Shown here piece by piece: positions 10,608 to 20,780 of a stretch of DNA of 32,000 nt; within the stretch, counting starts at the first letter, position 1, and every line of letters begins with the position of its first letter. A model generated the notes under the pieces. It searched no databases, had not been told where the DNA came from, and saw only the letters and a list, made by a program, of their open reading frames with translations. Both the position numbers and the translations under genes were made by a program. This stretch comes from Vibrio vulnificus CMCP6 (GTDB taxonomy: Bacteria; Pseudomonadota; Gammaproteobacteria; Enterobacterales; Vibrionaceae): NCBI RefSeq assembly GCF_000039765.1, contig NC_004460.2:240001-272000 (forward strand). Direction: 5' to 3'.

Positions 10608-12383
10608 ATGCATATGAGAACGCTTAGGCTTATTTTGATGTCCGTTGTTGTGCTGTTGATGAATTCCGCATTCGCTTCGACACAATGGCAAACGCGCCAA
10701 GTGCTCATTCTCCATTCCTACGATGCTTCTTATCAATGGACTCAAGAGATGCAGAGAGGCATTGAGAAAGCCATTGACAGTATTGACGGTGATGTCCGTT
10801 TATCCGTTGAATATCTTGACACCAAACGAATCTCTTCTGCGGACTACTTACAAAAGACCGCTGAGTATATGACCGCGAAATATCGAGGTTATCACTGGGA
10901 TGGTGTGTTGGTCACCGATGATAACGCATTGCGCTTTGCACAGACGTACTTTTCACAGCAGCTCACACAGTACCCAGTCGTTGCCGTTGCGATCAATGAT
11001 ACACAGTGGCAAAGTCAATCGAGTAAGCACAACTTCCAAGTCATTTATGAAAAAGACCTTTTAGATGAAAACCTCGCTCTGATTGAAGCCCTTCGTCCCA
11101 ATATTCAAAAACTTTATTATCTTGCGGACAAAAGTATTACCTCCGATCTGATTCGCGCCGACCTTAATCATTCGATGCGTCAGCATGCAAACATTGAACT
11201 TGTCGACATCTCAGATAAATCGCTCGACGAGGCCAGCCAATTTTTAGCTCAGATTGATCCGGACGATGCGGTGTTACTCACGCACTACAACACGGAGCTG
11301 AGTTCTGGCGTATTTCATTCCTACAAAAAAATCTCGAACACAATAGGCGACAGTAGCCGAGCACCGGTTTTTGTTCTATGGGACCTCTATCTTGGGCAGC
11401 CAGGCATTGTCGGTGGCTACGTTAATTGTTCAGAGAAATTTGGTTATCAGGGCATGTTGATGCTGGCTGAGCAAATGGGCTACACCTTGCCAGAGGCGAT
11501 GATGGATGAAAGACCATCCTCACTTGTCTTTGATTTTAACGCACTAGACAAGTACGACATCGATTTAGATAAGTTACCGTCTAACGCCACGTTATTGAAT
11601 GAACCCGTCTCTTATTTGGTGAAACATCGACAGGTATTGCTGGTTGCGGGTGTGATTATTTTGTCGTTGTCTATGGTGATCGCCATGCAGTACATGACGA
11701 TTCAGCAGAAAAAACTGATCAACTTGAAAAATCGCAAAATTGTTGCTCTGCAGAGAAGGACATTAGCAGTGCAAAAAGAGATGATCCATGTGCTAGGTGA
11801 AGCCATTGAAACACGTTCTGGAGAAACGGGTAACCATGTTAAACGTGTCGCGCAATTATCCGTTGGGTTAGGGCGTTTATGCGGATTGAGCCACCGTGAG
11901 TTGGAGATGCTAGAAATCATTAGCCCGATGCACGATGTTGGTAAAATCGCCATTCCCGAAGCCATACTGGACAAGCCCGGTAAACTTAGCCTAGAAGAGC
12001 GAGAAGTGATTCAGACCCATTGTGAAGTAGGTTATCGCCTCCTTAATAACAACAAAGCTAAGATCATGAAATTAGCCGCATTGGTCGCGTTACAGCATCA
12101 TGAGCACTGGGATGGCCACGGCTATCCATATCAGCTTAGAGCAGATGAAATTCATGTTTTCTCAAGGGTTACTGCCATTGCTGATGTGTTTGACGCGTTA
12201 CTCAGTGAGCGTTGTTATAAAGCGGCTTGGGACATTCATCGTGTGATCGACTTCTTTGAACAGCAGAAAGGTAAGCAGTTTGATCCGTACTTAACGGAAT
12301 TGCTACTCAACAACATCGACCATTTTGTCGAGATTCGAAACTGTTATCCAGATAATCTCAACGAATTCAAGCAGGCGAGCTAA
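10608..12383 (+). CDS. Membrane sensor protein: periplasmic ABC-substrate-binding-like domain plus cytoplasmic HD-GYP phosphodiesterase domain
   Basis: Signal peptide; 'LILHSYDASYQWTQEMQRGIEKAI'; TM segment LLVAGVIILSLSMVIAM; HDVGK and HHEHWDGHGYP HD-GYP motifs present. Confidence 0.92.
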   Translation: MHMRTLRLILMSVVVLLMNSAFASTQWQTRQVLILHSYDASYQWTQEMQRGIEKAIDSIDGDVRLSVEYLDTKRISSADYLQKTAEYMTAKYRGYHWDGVLVTDDNALRFAQTYFSQQLTQYPVVAVAINDTQWQSQSSKHNFQVIYEKDLLDENLALIEALRPNIQKLYYLADKSITSDLIRADLNHSMRQHANIELVDISDKSLDEASQFLAQIDPDDAVLLTHYNTELSSGVFHSYKKISNTIGDSSRAPVFVLWDLYLGQPGIVGGYVNCSEKFGYQGMLMLAEQMGYTLPEAMMDERPSSLVFDFNALDKYDIDLDKLPSNATLLNEPVSYLVKHRQVLLVAGVIILSLSMVIAMQYMTIQQKKLINLKNRKIVALQRRTLAVQKEMIHVLGEAIETRSGETGNHVKRVAQLSVGLGRLCGLSHRELEMLEIISPMHDVGKIAIPEAILDKPGKLSLEEREVIQTHCEVGYRLLNNNKAKIMKLAALVALQHHEHWDGHGYPYQLRADEIHVFSRVTAIADVFDALLSERCYKAAWDIHRVIDFFEQQKGKQFDPYLTELLLNNIDHFVEIRNCYPDNLNEFKQAS

Positions 12384-12539
12384 ATTCGCTACACTCTGCG
12401 CATTTATGATCATTCTCCGACATAGATTATGATTTTTGTCGGAGAACTCCGGTTTTCTGAGCACTTTGCTTCATATAGTAAAGGGAATTTAAGTGAACGC
12501 CCTTCGTTCACGCTGATTTCTATAAACTGGGGAATGCGA

Positions 12540-13208
12540 ATGATAAAAACAAAAATAAAATGCGTCATTTTCGACTGCGACGGAACCTTGGTCGACAGTG
12601 AAAAGCTGTGCTGCCATGCTCTCGTGAATGTCTTTGAACAATTTGGCTCTCATATTTCCTTAGAACAATGCCTTGCTCAGTTTCGCGGTGGGAAACTGGC
12701 TGATGTGCTTTCCGATGCGATGGCATTGGCTGAGCTCGAAATATCGTTAGATTTACTAGAGCCTGCTTATCGCAATGAGTTAAACCGCTTGTTTAACGAG
12801 AAATTGCAGGTGATGCCTGGGGCTGAAAGCTTGCTCGATTTTCTCGAACGAGAAAAGATTGAATATTGTGTTGCGTCGAATGGCCCGAAAGACAAGATCG
12901 CGCTCTCTTTAAGGCTGACGGGATTGTTAGAACGGTTTGAAGGGAAAATGTATTCGGCATTTGAAGCGAATGCGTGGAAACCAGATCCTGATCTTTTGAT
13001 GTACAGTGCGTTCCATATGGGGTTTGCAGCGGATGAGTGTATCTATGTCGACGATACGCCGAAAGGGGTGGAAGCCGGTATCAATGCAGGCATGAGAACG
13101 TTTCAGTTATTTAACGGTTATGACATTAACCAAATAACAGATGCCCGAGTCAGACAGATCGGGCATTTGGAAGAACTGATAGAGATTATTCGTCAAGATT
13201 CAAATTAA
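12540..13208 (+). CDS. HAD-superfamily hydrolase (YieH / phosphoglycolate-phosphatase-like)
   Basis: Motif I VIFDCDGTLVDSE, motif II SNGPKDK, motif III/IV KPDPDLL...YVDDTPKGVEAG. ATG at 12540 in frame is the likely start. Confidence 0.9.
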   Translation: MIKTKIKCVIFDCDGTLVDSEKLCCHALVNVFEQFGSHISLEQCLAQFRGGKLADVLSDAMALAELEISLDLLEPAYRNELNRLFNEKLQVMPGAESLLDFLEREKIEYCVASNGPKDKIALSLRLTGLLERFEGKMYSAFEANAWKPDPDLLMYSAFHMGFAADECIYVDDTPKGVEAGINAGMRTFQLFNGYDINQITDARVRQIGHLEELIEIIRQDSN

Positions 13209-13420
13209 TGACAACTGTTACTGATGGAATGCACGTAAGCAGGTCGATTTTGATAAATAGGTGCCATTTGGAGACAACGAATGGCGCTGAAGTTCTTTGT
13301 ATGGAAACCACATGATGCACATGTGAACTTTTCCCCATCTCCAGAGATGAAGTACTCATCGTGTTGACAAAGTGGGCATACGGTATTTTCGGTTACGTCG
13401 ATATATTTATAAGTATTCAT
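13205..13420 (-). CDS. Small zinc-ribbon-like hypothetical protein
   Basis: 71 aa with CPLC-x(17)-CASC pair (CPLCQHDEYFISGDGEKFTCASCGF); 4-bp convergent overlap with the HAD gene. Confidence 0.6.
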   Translation of the reverse strand: MNTYKYIDVTENTVCPLCQHDEYFISGDGEKFTCASCGFHTKNFSAIRCLQMAPIYQNRPAYVHSISNSCH

Positions 13421-13660
13421 TTTTTAATCACCAGCAGCAAAATAGGCCCTATTAGAATAGCGAAATGTTTAATAACAGGGCATTTTTTCACTCTAATAAA
13501 CAAGTTCTTGAGAGTGATATCCCAGTATTGTATGAGAAGTTAGATATTTTCATTGCAATTTGTTTCTTGAGCCGAAAATGAAATTGAATGCTTATTACCA
13601 ATAAGAAGTACGGCGTAAACAAACATGCTCCAAAACGAATAAAACAACTCAAGGATATAA

Positions 13661-13682
13661 AAAAGCTCCCGAAGGAGCTTTT
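13661..13682 (-). terminator. Intrinsic terminator for the MCP gene (minus strand)
   Basis: AAAAGCTCC-cgaa-GGAGCTTTT; on the minus strand this is a stem with a UUCG loop followed by U residues. Confidence 0.8.
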
Positions 13683-13683
13683 G

Positions 13684-15117
13684 TCATTGTGTTCGATATT
13701 GTTTAAGGATTTGTGACAGTGAGATGGTGGCCTTGGTGAGATTCGCTACTCCCGATGACGACTGCTGTGCGACGGTGCGTATCGTATTTGATTGGCTGCG
13801 AATATCGCTGAGCTCTGAGGCAATGTCGTTAGCGACCGCACTTTGCTCTTCTGCAGAGGTGGAAATTTGAATACTCATGTCCATCAGCACTTTCGCTGAG
13901 TCGGCAATCGATTTAACGTCCGTACCAATTTCTGCAATCAAATCACTACTGGTTTTCGCTTGACTGACCGTTTGAGCGGTAATCGAAGCGATGTTTTGAC
14001 TCTCTGTTTGCAGCTTCTCTATCATGGCTTGAATTTCAACGGTGGCCGCCTGAGTTCGGCTGGCTAAGGTTCGAACTTCGTCTGCAACTACGGCGAAACC
14101 TCGCCCTTGTTCACCCGCTCGCGCCGCTTCAATCGCTGCGTTAAGTGCCAGCAGGTTTGTTTGTTCAGAGATGGCATTGATGGTGGTGATCACATCATTG
14201 ATTTGTGTCGTGTTGTCATTCAACGTGGATACTGATGTCGATGCTCGCTCAATGTAGCTAGAAAGCTTATCAATCTCTGCAATCGCGGATACAACGCGTT
14301 TATGACTGCCTTCAATATGTTGGGTATCGCGCTCCGTTTGATGCGTCGCTTGCTGAGAAATCGAAGAGACTTCTTTGGCTGAAGCGGTCATTTGCTCCAT
14401 AGCGGTCGCCACTGAGTCTAATGAGGAATACTGATTTTGGATTTGCGTTTCGCTGAGCTTCATCTCTTTTTCAAACGAAGCACTGGTTTCACCCATCGTG
14501 TTTGCATTCTCTTTTACACTTTTTACTAGATCGGTCAGAGTGTCCATGGCTTTGTCTAGCGCACAGCCAATGGTACCAAATTCATCACGACCAGGATGGA
14601 AGCCGAGACGAGAGGTTAAATCGCCCTCACCAATCTTCTGTGTCGTGGTGTAGAGGACCCACAGCGCGCCACCAAGGAAAGTTGCGACCCAATAACAAAA
14701 CAAACCGAAAGGAGCGAGCCACAAATAGCTTAGCAAAAAGGTAGTGAGGGCAGAGGATCTTGCCTTCTCATCAGATTGTTTCGTATTCGCAGTAAGCTGA
14801 TAAAACTGACCATCGGCTCCTTTTAATGACACGGTAGTCATGCCATCTTTGTATTTTGCATCAGTTGCACTTGCGGCTTTAGATACGCCACTGATGGCCA
14901 AAATGGCGTCACTGTTAGGATGGCTGACGATCCCTTGTAAGCGATTTTGCGCGGCGATTTTAGCCTGCACCTCTATCTGCTCGAGTTGGTTAACATAACG
15001 GGCACCTGAAACACAGGATAGGGCGAGGATAAACAGGGTGACGATGACCCAGATTTTGTCATTGATCGACATTTTGATAAACAAGCGGTCGATGGTCCTA
15101 AATTCAACTTCTCTCAT
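13684..15117 (-). CDS. Methyl-accepting chemotaxis protein
   Basis: Conserved hairpin region '[44 protein letters not shown]'; two TM segments flanking a short periplasmic region; HAMP-like GRDEFG. Alternative internal start at MSINDK (15072). Confidence 0.93.
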   Translation of the reverse strand: MREVEFRTIDRLFIKMSINDKIWVIVTLFILALSCVSGARYVNQLEQIEVQAKIAAQNRLQGIVSHPNSDAILAISGVSKAASATDAKYKDGMTTVSLKGADGQFYQLTANTKQSDEKARSSALTTFLLSYLWLAPFGLFCYWVATFLGGALWVLYTTTQKIGEGDLTSRLGFHPGRDEFGTIGCALDKAMDTLTDLVKSVKENANTMGETSASFEKEMKLSETQIQNQYSSLDSVATAMEQMTASAKEVSSISQQATHQTERDTQHIEGSHKRVVSAIAEIDKLSSYIERASTSVSTLNDNTTQINDVITTINAISEQTNLLALNAAIEAARAGEQGRGFAVVADEVRTLASRTQAATVEIQAMIEKLQTESQNIASITAQTVSQAKTSSDLIAEIGTDVKSIADSAKVLMDMSIQISTSAEEQSAVANDIASELSDIRSQSNTIRTVAQQSSSGVANLTKATISLSQILKQYRTQ

Positions 15118-15330
15118 ATCTGCTCCATATTGAGATCAATTCGTCGCTAAAGTTATAGTGATACCGAAAGATTTTATGAGAGGAAGCTCAAGGTTGTATG
15201 CAATTAATGATATGTAACATTTTAATATTGTGATCGCTGCGGTATAACCACATATAACAGGATGTATAAAGAAGGTTTGCGTGATGCAACCTGTTACACA
15301 CTATTTCCCCACACATACTAAGGAGTGGTC

Positions 15331-15450
15331 ATGTCAGAATTTGAACTAAAAAATGATGAGACACTAGAGTGGCTGGACGCGATGGAAATTGGAATCGATT
15401 TGTCGCAATACCCAAATGAAGAGAATGACGCAGACAGCGATGTCTGTTGA
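15331..15450 (+). CDS. Tiny acidic ORF (39 aa), not in the supplied track
   Basis: MSEFELKNDETLEWLDAMEIGIDLSQYPNEENDADSDVC; excellent SD (AAGGAG) 7 nt before the ATG. Confidence 0.55.
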   Translation: MSEFELKNDETLEWLDAMEIGIDLSQYPNEENDADSDVC

Positions 15451-15470
15451 TTCCCCCCTGACAAACAATA

Positions 15471-16064
15471 ATGAACTACCTTGCCCACCTACATTTAGCG
15501 GACGTTGCCAACAGTGACATGTTAGGCAACTTACTGGGCGACTTCGCCAAGGGTGACCCAAACAAACAATATTCACAGGAAATCGTGCAAGGGATTCGTT
15601 TGCATCGCGCCATCGATAAGTTTGTTGATACACACGGTATCGTACGAGCGTGCAAAAAACGTTTCCCAAAACAGCAGCGACGTTTTGCGTTAATCGCTTT
15701 AGACATGTTTTGGGATCATTGCCTTGCGATGCATTGGCACCGATACAGCGATATCTCTTTAGATTCGTTTGTGCATTACGCGCAACGAGAAGTGGCCAAA
15801 CACGGCACCAAAGATCTGCCACCCTCTTTTTTACTGTTGAATCAACGCATGTGGCAAGGCAAGTGGTTGCAGTCATATCGTGAGATGGACAATATCGAGT
15901 TTGCGCTGCACAGAATGTCACAGCGTCGACCCAGATTGTCGCCACTGTCTGAATGTCACGCCACATTGCAAGACGAATATGAGCATTTTTCTAGCGCCTT
16001 CGAAACGCTTTATGCCGACACATTGCAATTTAGCTGCAACCAACAGAAAGAGTTTGGCTTGTAG
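15471..16064 (+). CDS. acpH: Acyl carrier protein phosphodiesterase (DUF479)
   Basis: MNYLAHLHLADVANSDMLGNLLGDFAKGD...IRLHRAIDKFVDTH family signature. Confidence 0.88.
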   Translation: MNYLAHLHLADVANSDMLGNLLGDFAKGDPNKQYSQEIVQGIRLHRAIDKFVDTHGIVRACKKRFPKQQRRFALIALDMFWDHCLAMHWHRYSDISLDSFVHYAQREVAKHGTKDLPPSFLLLNQRMWQGKWLQSYREMDNIEFALHRMSQRRPRLSPLSECHATLQDEYEHFSSAFETLYADTLQFSCNQQKEFGL

Positions 16065-16119
16065 ATAGAGATATTTATCTGGCTCTGCTACAATCCGCGC
16101 TCATTTTTTGGGGGCCGTA

Positions 16120-17376
16120 ATGACAAATACTTTCATTGAGCTTGGACTTGATTCTTCGTTAAGCGATCATCTTTCTCAGCTAGGATTTAACACACCAACA
16201 CCAATTCAACAGCAAGCGATTCCACATCTTTTGCAAGGTAGAGATGTGCTGGCTGCCGCTCAAACAGGGACAGGAAAAACCGCCGCTTATGGCTTGCCAC
16301 TGATCCAAATGTTGTCACGACAGTCGCGAGAAGAAACGGCACCCAAACATCCTAGAGCACTGATCTTAGCGCCAACCCGAGAGCTGGCGCAGCAAGTGTT
16401 CGACAATTTGAAACAGTATGCGCAACACACTGAGTTGGCTATCGTTACCGTATACGGTGGAACCAGTATCCGTGTTCAACAAGAACAATTGGCAAAAGGT
16501 GTTGATATCCTCATTGCGACGCCTGGACGTCTATTGGATCATCTTTTTACCAAGAAAACCTCATTGAACCAGTTGCAAATGCTGGTGTTAGACGAAGCCG
16601 ATCGCATGTTGGATATGGGCTTTTTGCCCGACATTCAGCGCATTATGAAAAGAATGCCTGAAGAGCGTCAAACGCTGCTGTTTTCCGCTACGTTTGAAAC
16701 ACGTGTCAAAGCATTGGCTTATCGTTTAATGAAAGAGCCCGTCGAAGTTCAAGTTGCCGCTGCCAACAGCACCGCCGACACCGTTAAGCAGATGGTGTAT
16801 CCGGTCGACAAAAAACGCAAAAGCGAGTTGTTGGCGTATCTCATTGGCTCTCGTAATTGGCAGCAAGTACTGGTATTTACCAAAACTAAGCAAGGCAGCG
16901 ATGCTTTGGTGAGTGAATTAAAGCTGGATGGCATCAAGGCCGCTTCCATCAATGGCGATAAATCGCAAGGTGCACGTCAGAAAGCTCTGGATGATTTTAA
17001 ATCGGGTAAAGTACGCGCGTTGATCGCCACCGATGTTGCCGCACGCGGTTTGGATATTGCTCAGCTAGAGCAAGTCGTAAACTTCGATATGCCTTACAAG
17101 GCAGAAGATTACGTGCACCGAATTGGCCGAACGGGGAGAGCAGGGCAAACGGGGCTCGCAGTATCTTTTATGTCACGAGATGAAGAATACTTGCTGCAAG
17201 CGATTGAAAATCTGCTGGATACCCGTTTACCTCAAGAATGGTTAGCGGGATTTGAGCCCAGTGAAAAAGAGAACTACGTTGAAGATACACCTAGCAAGCG
17301 CACTAGTCGTTCAGCAGAAAAACGTAAGCTTAAGCAAAAGTTAAAAATTCACCAAGGCCGTGGTAAAAAGCGCTGA
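16120..17376 (+). CDS. rhlE: DEAD-box ATP-dependent RNA helicase
   Basis: Motifs AQTGTGKT, PTRELAQQ, DEAD, SAT, HRIGRTGRAG; RhlE-like N-terminus FIELGLDSSLSDHLSQLGFNTPTPIQQQAIP; likely ATG at 16120. Confidence 0.93.
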   Translation: MTNTFIELGLDSSLSDHLSQLGFNTPTPIQQQAIPHLLQGRDVLAAAQTGTGKTAAYGLPLIQMLSRQSREETAPKHPRALILAPTRELAQQVFDNLKQYAQHTELAIVTVYGGTSIRVQQEQLAKGVDILIATPGRLLDHLFTKKTSLNQLQMLVLDEADRMLDMGFLPDIQRIMKRMPEERQTLLFSATFETRVKALAYRLMKEPVEVQVAAANSTADTVKQMVYPVDKKRKSELLAYLIGSRNWQQVLVFTKTKQGSDALVSELKLDGIKAASINGDKSQGARQKALDDFKSGKVRALIATDVAARGLDIAQLEQVVNFDMPYKAEDYVHRIGRTGRAGQTGLAVSFMSRDEEYLLQAIENLLDTRLPQEWLAGFEPSEKENYVEDTPSKRTSRSAEKRKLKQKLKIHQGRGKKR

Positions 17377-17431
17377 TTGCTGTTCGGACTTATCGCTTAA
17401 GTTAACGCACAAAAGTTAGAGCACAAAAAGT

Positions 17432-17467
17432 TAGGTCGGAACGGGCACACCATTCCGACCTATTTTA
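17432..17467. terminator. Probable bidirectional terminator between convergent rhlE and the EAL gene
   Basis: TAGGTCGGAA-cgggcacacca-TTCCGACCTA followed by TTTTATT. Confidence 0.7.
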
Positions 17468-17476
17468 TTACTAACC

Positions 17477-18280
17477 CTAGCCAAAGGAGGCCAAAGAAAA
17501 CGCGGGTTCTTCTTCAAGAGATTGCGGCATCGCCAAAAAGTAACCTTGGTACATATCCAGATTCAACAATTTCATCAGGCTAAGCTGCTGCTCGGTTTCA
17601 ATCCCTTCAATCACGGTTAGCGATTCCATTTCTCGGGCAAAAGCCAATGCGCACAACAGTAAGTTGGTATCGCCTTCTTCATAGCGCTGAAGCAAAGAGC
17701 GATCAAGTTTAATGATGTTGGGCAGGATATTGCGCGTGCGCTCCTGAGTGGAGGCCGCAATGCCAAAGTCGTCAATGGCCCACCAAAAACCGTTTTTACT
17801 CAAAGAACGAGTCGCGCATTGAAGTTCTTGCTCACAGTTCACTTTGATTTCAATCAGTTCCATGACAATTTGCTCTGGGCACAGATCGACTTCTCGAATG
17901 GTTTTTAGCAAAAAATGGTAGCTCAGCTCTTCTAACGCCAGTCTTTCAACCGCATGTGGCAATACATTGAGAAAGAGTTTCTTATCTCGATAACTGGATT
18001 GAGCAAAATTGCGTATGTGCATGATGCGGCTCAAACGTTCAACGTTGAGCTTATCGATTGGTGAGATCTCATCGGAATGAAAAAAATGGTCGGGACGGAT
18101 AATACTTCCGTCATCACACTGGATTCGGACCAGTGCTTCAAGGCCCACAACAGTCAGGTCTTTTTTGTAAATTGGCTGAAAAACACTTCGAAGTGTCATT
18201 TCCTTATAGCGTGAAACAAACTGTCCACCCTGCTCAGAAAATATATACTCGTTCAGCTTCTCTGCAGTTAACGTGTTCAT
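17477..18280 (-). CDS. EAL-domain protein (putative c-di-GMP phosphodiesterase)
   Basis: LEALVR, LFLNV, VMELIE, AIDDFG, IIKLD, VIEGIE and QGYFLAMP motifs. ATG at 18280 preferred to track start 18325. Confidence 0.88.
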   Translation of the reverse strand: MNTLTAEKLNEYIFSEQGGQFVSRYKEMTLRSVFQPIYKKDLTVVGLEALVRIQCDDGSIIRPDHFFHSDEISPIDKLNVERLSRIMHIRNFAQSSYRDKKLFLNVLPHAVERLALEELSYHFLLKTIREVDLCPEQIVMELIEIKVNCEQELQCATRSLSKNGFWWAIDDFGIAASTQERTRNILPNIIKLDRSLLQRYEEGDTNLLLCALAFAREMESLTVIEGIETEQQLSLMKLLNLDMYQGYFLAMPQSLEEEPAFSLASFG

Positions 18281-18576
18281 CTTACGGCTCGAATTAGTGG
18301 TAGAACAGCTCCTTGTTCCTACCATGCGAAAAACAGTGTTCTGTGCTGAGTCAAATCTTTGTCTAACTTTCTAATGGGTGCACAGCCACATACTTTGGTT
18401 CAATGAACCTATAAGGTCAACTGACCCTAATTAATACTTCTAAAGTTAATATCTAACCCGCGCCCGTTTTGCTTATCAAGCAAAGTTGCATGCCAAACTT
18501 ATAATTGTCGAAGCAGCTCAAATTTTGTGTTGCATAAGCGTTAAAACTTGGGGTTAATTTGCGTAGTCAGATCGAT

Positions 18577-19209
18577 TTACCACTGGAGTACTGCGTAGAA
18601 TTGAACATATTTACGCACCATCTGTTTGTTCCCTGAACGCCTTAGCGGGTGGCCAAATTTCAGGTAACAGGGCGAGATGTTGAAACGAGTTTCCAATGAT
18701 TGAGTCAACTGTGAATCACTGGTGTAGAGCGAGATCCCTTGTTCACTGTACTCATTGATTTGGTCTGGTAGCTCACCCATCCACCAATAAAGAAGTTCAC
18801 GGCTTGTTTTACTACGGCTGATCCAGTGATCACCGATAAGAAACAATAAATCATTGGGTTGTATTGCAAACCCGTACTCACTTTGCCACTCAGTGACATC
18901 GGCCAACAAATTGTCTCGGCATGTTTTTCCGGCACTGACCATATGGTGAGACAGCACCCAAACCGTACCAATTTCTGACGTTACCCGGTATTGGTGTGGC
19001 AATTCGCCCACATCCACTTTTTCCAGCGGCTCAATCACGCTTTCATGAGCAAATTGTTTAAACGTGTTCTGCATACGACGCGCAAAAGCCAACCCTAAGT
19101 GGTGCTCACTCATACCTTGGTTATGTACGGCGGGATAGTGCTTTTCACACAGTTTTAAACAATCGTCCTGAAAGTTGTTGACGCTTTTAATCACAAGGTC
19201 GAGTAGCAA
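18577..19209 (-). CDS. Hypothetical protein, 210 aa (chorismate-lyase-like size; no recognised domain)
   Basis: Long ORF with plausible composition; track start is TTG; SD not clear. Confidence 0.7.
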   Translation of the reverse strand: MLLDLVIKSVNNFQDDCLKLCEKHYPAVHNQGMSEHHLGLAFARRMQNTFKQFAHESVIEPLEKVDVGELPHQYRVTSEIGTVWVLSHHMVSAGKTCRDNLLADVTEWQSEYGFAIQPNDLLFLIGDHWISRSKTSRELLYWWMGELPDQINEYSEQGISLYTSDSQLTQSLETRFNISPCYLKFGHPLRRSGNKQMVRKYVQFYAVLQW

Positions 19210-19570
19210 GATATGTCCTTATAGAAATCGAAACAGTCATCACGTTTTTGAGGTTAGCATGTTTAAAAACAGGCAACTAACATTCACTTACAAGTTCTTG
19301 ATCAAAACATCATATTTTTACCTTACTCATCGCTGACTCATTGTTTCAATAACTGAATTGATTTGAGACAAGGCGCTAAAAGGGGAGATGGGTCAATAAC
19401 GAACAAATAATGAAAAGTTCCTTCAATTTTTTCGAACAAGTTGTTCCACCGCCACAGGTAGCCCGTTTGTAAAACTTGGTAAATAATCTCACTCAGTTTG
19501 TAGGGGAAAGGTTATATTGCGTACTGCTACCTATTCTCATTCTCTCTTGTCTATAAGGTTGGATAACACG

Positions 19571-20110
19571 ATGGAAAATCATGTGACGCAGTACAACGCC
19601 ATTGCTCGGCTGATTCATTGGGTATCGGCTGCGGTTATCGTTGGTATGTTTGCCGTCGGTTTGTGGATGGTTGATTTGTCATATTACAGCGAGTGGTATC
19701 GCGTTGCGCCGAATTGGCATAAGTCTGTCGGTGTTTTACTACTCGCTTTGACACTGTTTCGTTTGGTATGGAAATTGGTGAAGCCATCACCGACCATCGA
19801 AGGTAAAAAAGCCGAAGTAGCAGCCGCAAAAGCAGCACACCATACGATCTATTTATTGCTGATGGTGCTGTTTATCTCTGGTTATTTAATTTCGACGTCT
19901 GATGGACGTGGAATAGAAGTTTTTAAATGGTTTACCGTCCCAGCAGCCGGTGAGTTGTTTGCTAATCAGTCTGATATAGCAGGAGCGATTCACTTTTATG
20001 TTGCTTGGGCATTAATCGGCCTTGCTGCACTCCATGCACTTGCCGCTTTAAAACATCACTTTGTCGACAAGGACAATACATTAAGAAAAATGATAGGAGC
20101 TCGAACATGA
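19571..20110 (+). CDS. Cytochrome b561 family protein
   Basis: MENHVTQYNAIARLIHWVSAAVIVGMFAVGLWMVDL; conserved His residues in TM segments (RLIHW, ALHALAALKHHF). Confidence 0.9.
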   Translation: MENHVTQYNAIARLIHWVSAAVIVGMFAVGLWMVDLSYYSEWYRVAPNWHKSVGVLLLALTLFRLVWKLVKPSPTIEGKKAEVAAAKAAHHTIYLLLMVLFISGYLISTSDGRGIEVFKWFTVPAAGELFANQSDIAGAIHFYVAWALIGLAALHALAALKHHFVDKDNTLRKMIGART

Positions 20111-20676
20111 GAAAGTCAGTTATTGCGACAGGTTTAGCGTTGATGATGGCAGTGCCGTTTGCTGCAAACGCTGCTGATTACGTTATTGATACCAAAGGGG
20201 CACACGCGTCTATTAACTTTAAAGTGAGCCATCTGGGTTATAGCTTTATTAAAGGTCGTTTTAATACCTTCTCTGGTGACTTTTCTTACGATCAAAACAA
20301 CATCGCTGCGTCGAAAGTAAACGTAGTCGTTGATACCCGTAGCTTAGACTCTAACCATGCAGAGCGTGATAAGCACATTCGTAGCGGCGATTTTATTGAT
20401 GCAGGCAAATTCAATACTGCCACGTTTACTAGCACCAAAGTGATGGATAAAGGTGATGGTAAACTGGATGTGATGGGTGATTTGACGCTGCACGGTGTAA
20501 CAAAGCCTATTACTATTGCTGCTGAGTTTGTTGGCGCTGGTCAAGACCCTTGGGGTGGTCAACGTGCGGGCTTTATCGGTACGACTCGCCTAGAGCTTGC
20601 TGATTTCAATATCCCAGTGATGGGGACTTCAAGCTACGTTGATATGGAATTGCACGTAGAAGGCATTAAGAAGTAA
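20107..20676 (+). CDS. YceI family periplasmic protein
   Basis: Signal peptide and 'YVIDTKGAHASINFKVSHLGYSFIKGRFNTFSGDF'; 4-bp ATGA overlap with the b561 gene. Confidence 0.93.
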   Translation: MRKSVIATGLALMMAVPFAANAADYVIDTKGAHASINFKVSHLGYSFIKGRFNTFSGDFSYDQNNIAASKVNVVVDTRSLDSNHAERDKHIRSGDFIDAGKFNTATFTSTKVMDKGDGKLDVMGDLTLHGVTKPITIAAEFVGAGQDPWGGQRAGFIGTTRLELADFNIPVMGTSSYVDMELHVEGIKK

Positions 20677-20723
20677 TTTCTTCGCATGAGATTACGTTGC
20701 GAATGAAATAAGAAAGCTCAATA

Positions 20724-20750
20724 AGAAAGCCTCCAATGGAGGCTTTCTGC
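20724..20750. terminator. Probable bidirectional terminator
   Basis: AGAAAGCCTCC-aat-GGAGGCTTTCT stem between convergent genes. Confidence 0.7.
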
Positions 20751-20780
20751 TTATTTAAGCCATGTTGTTTACTGTTTTCG

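Noticed and set aside
15364-15966. 200-aa minus-strand ORF antisense to the small acidic ORF and acpH
   Set aside because: It is the shadow of the well-supported acpH reading frame, with low-plausibility composition rich in Cys, Arg and Trp.
17409-17435. Short direct repeat GCACAAAA(A)GTTAG twice downstream of rhlE
   Set aside because: Only about 13 bp, two copies next to a terminator; likely local slippage with no supporting context.
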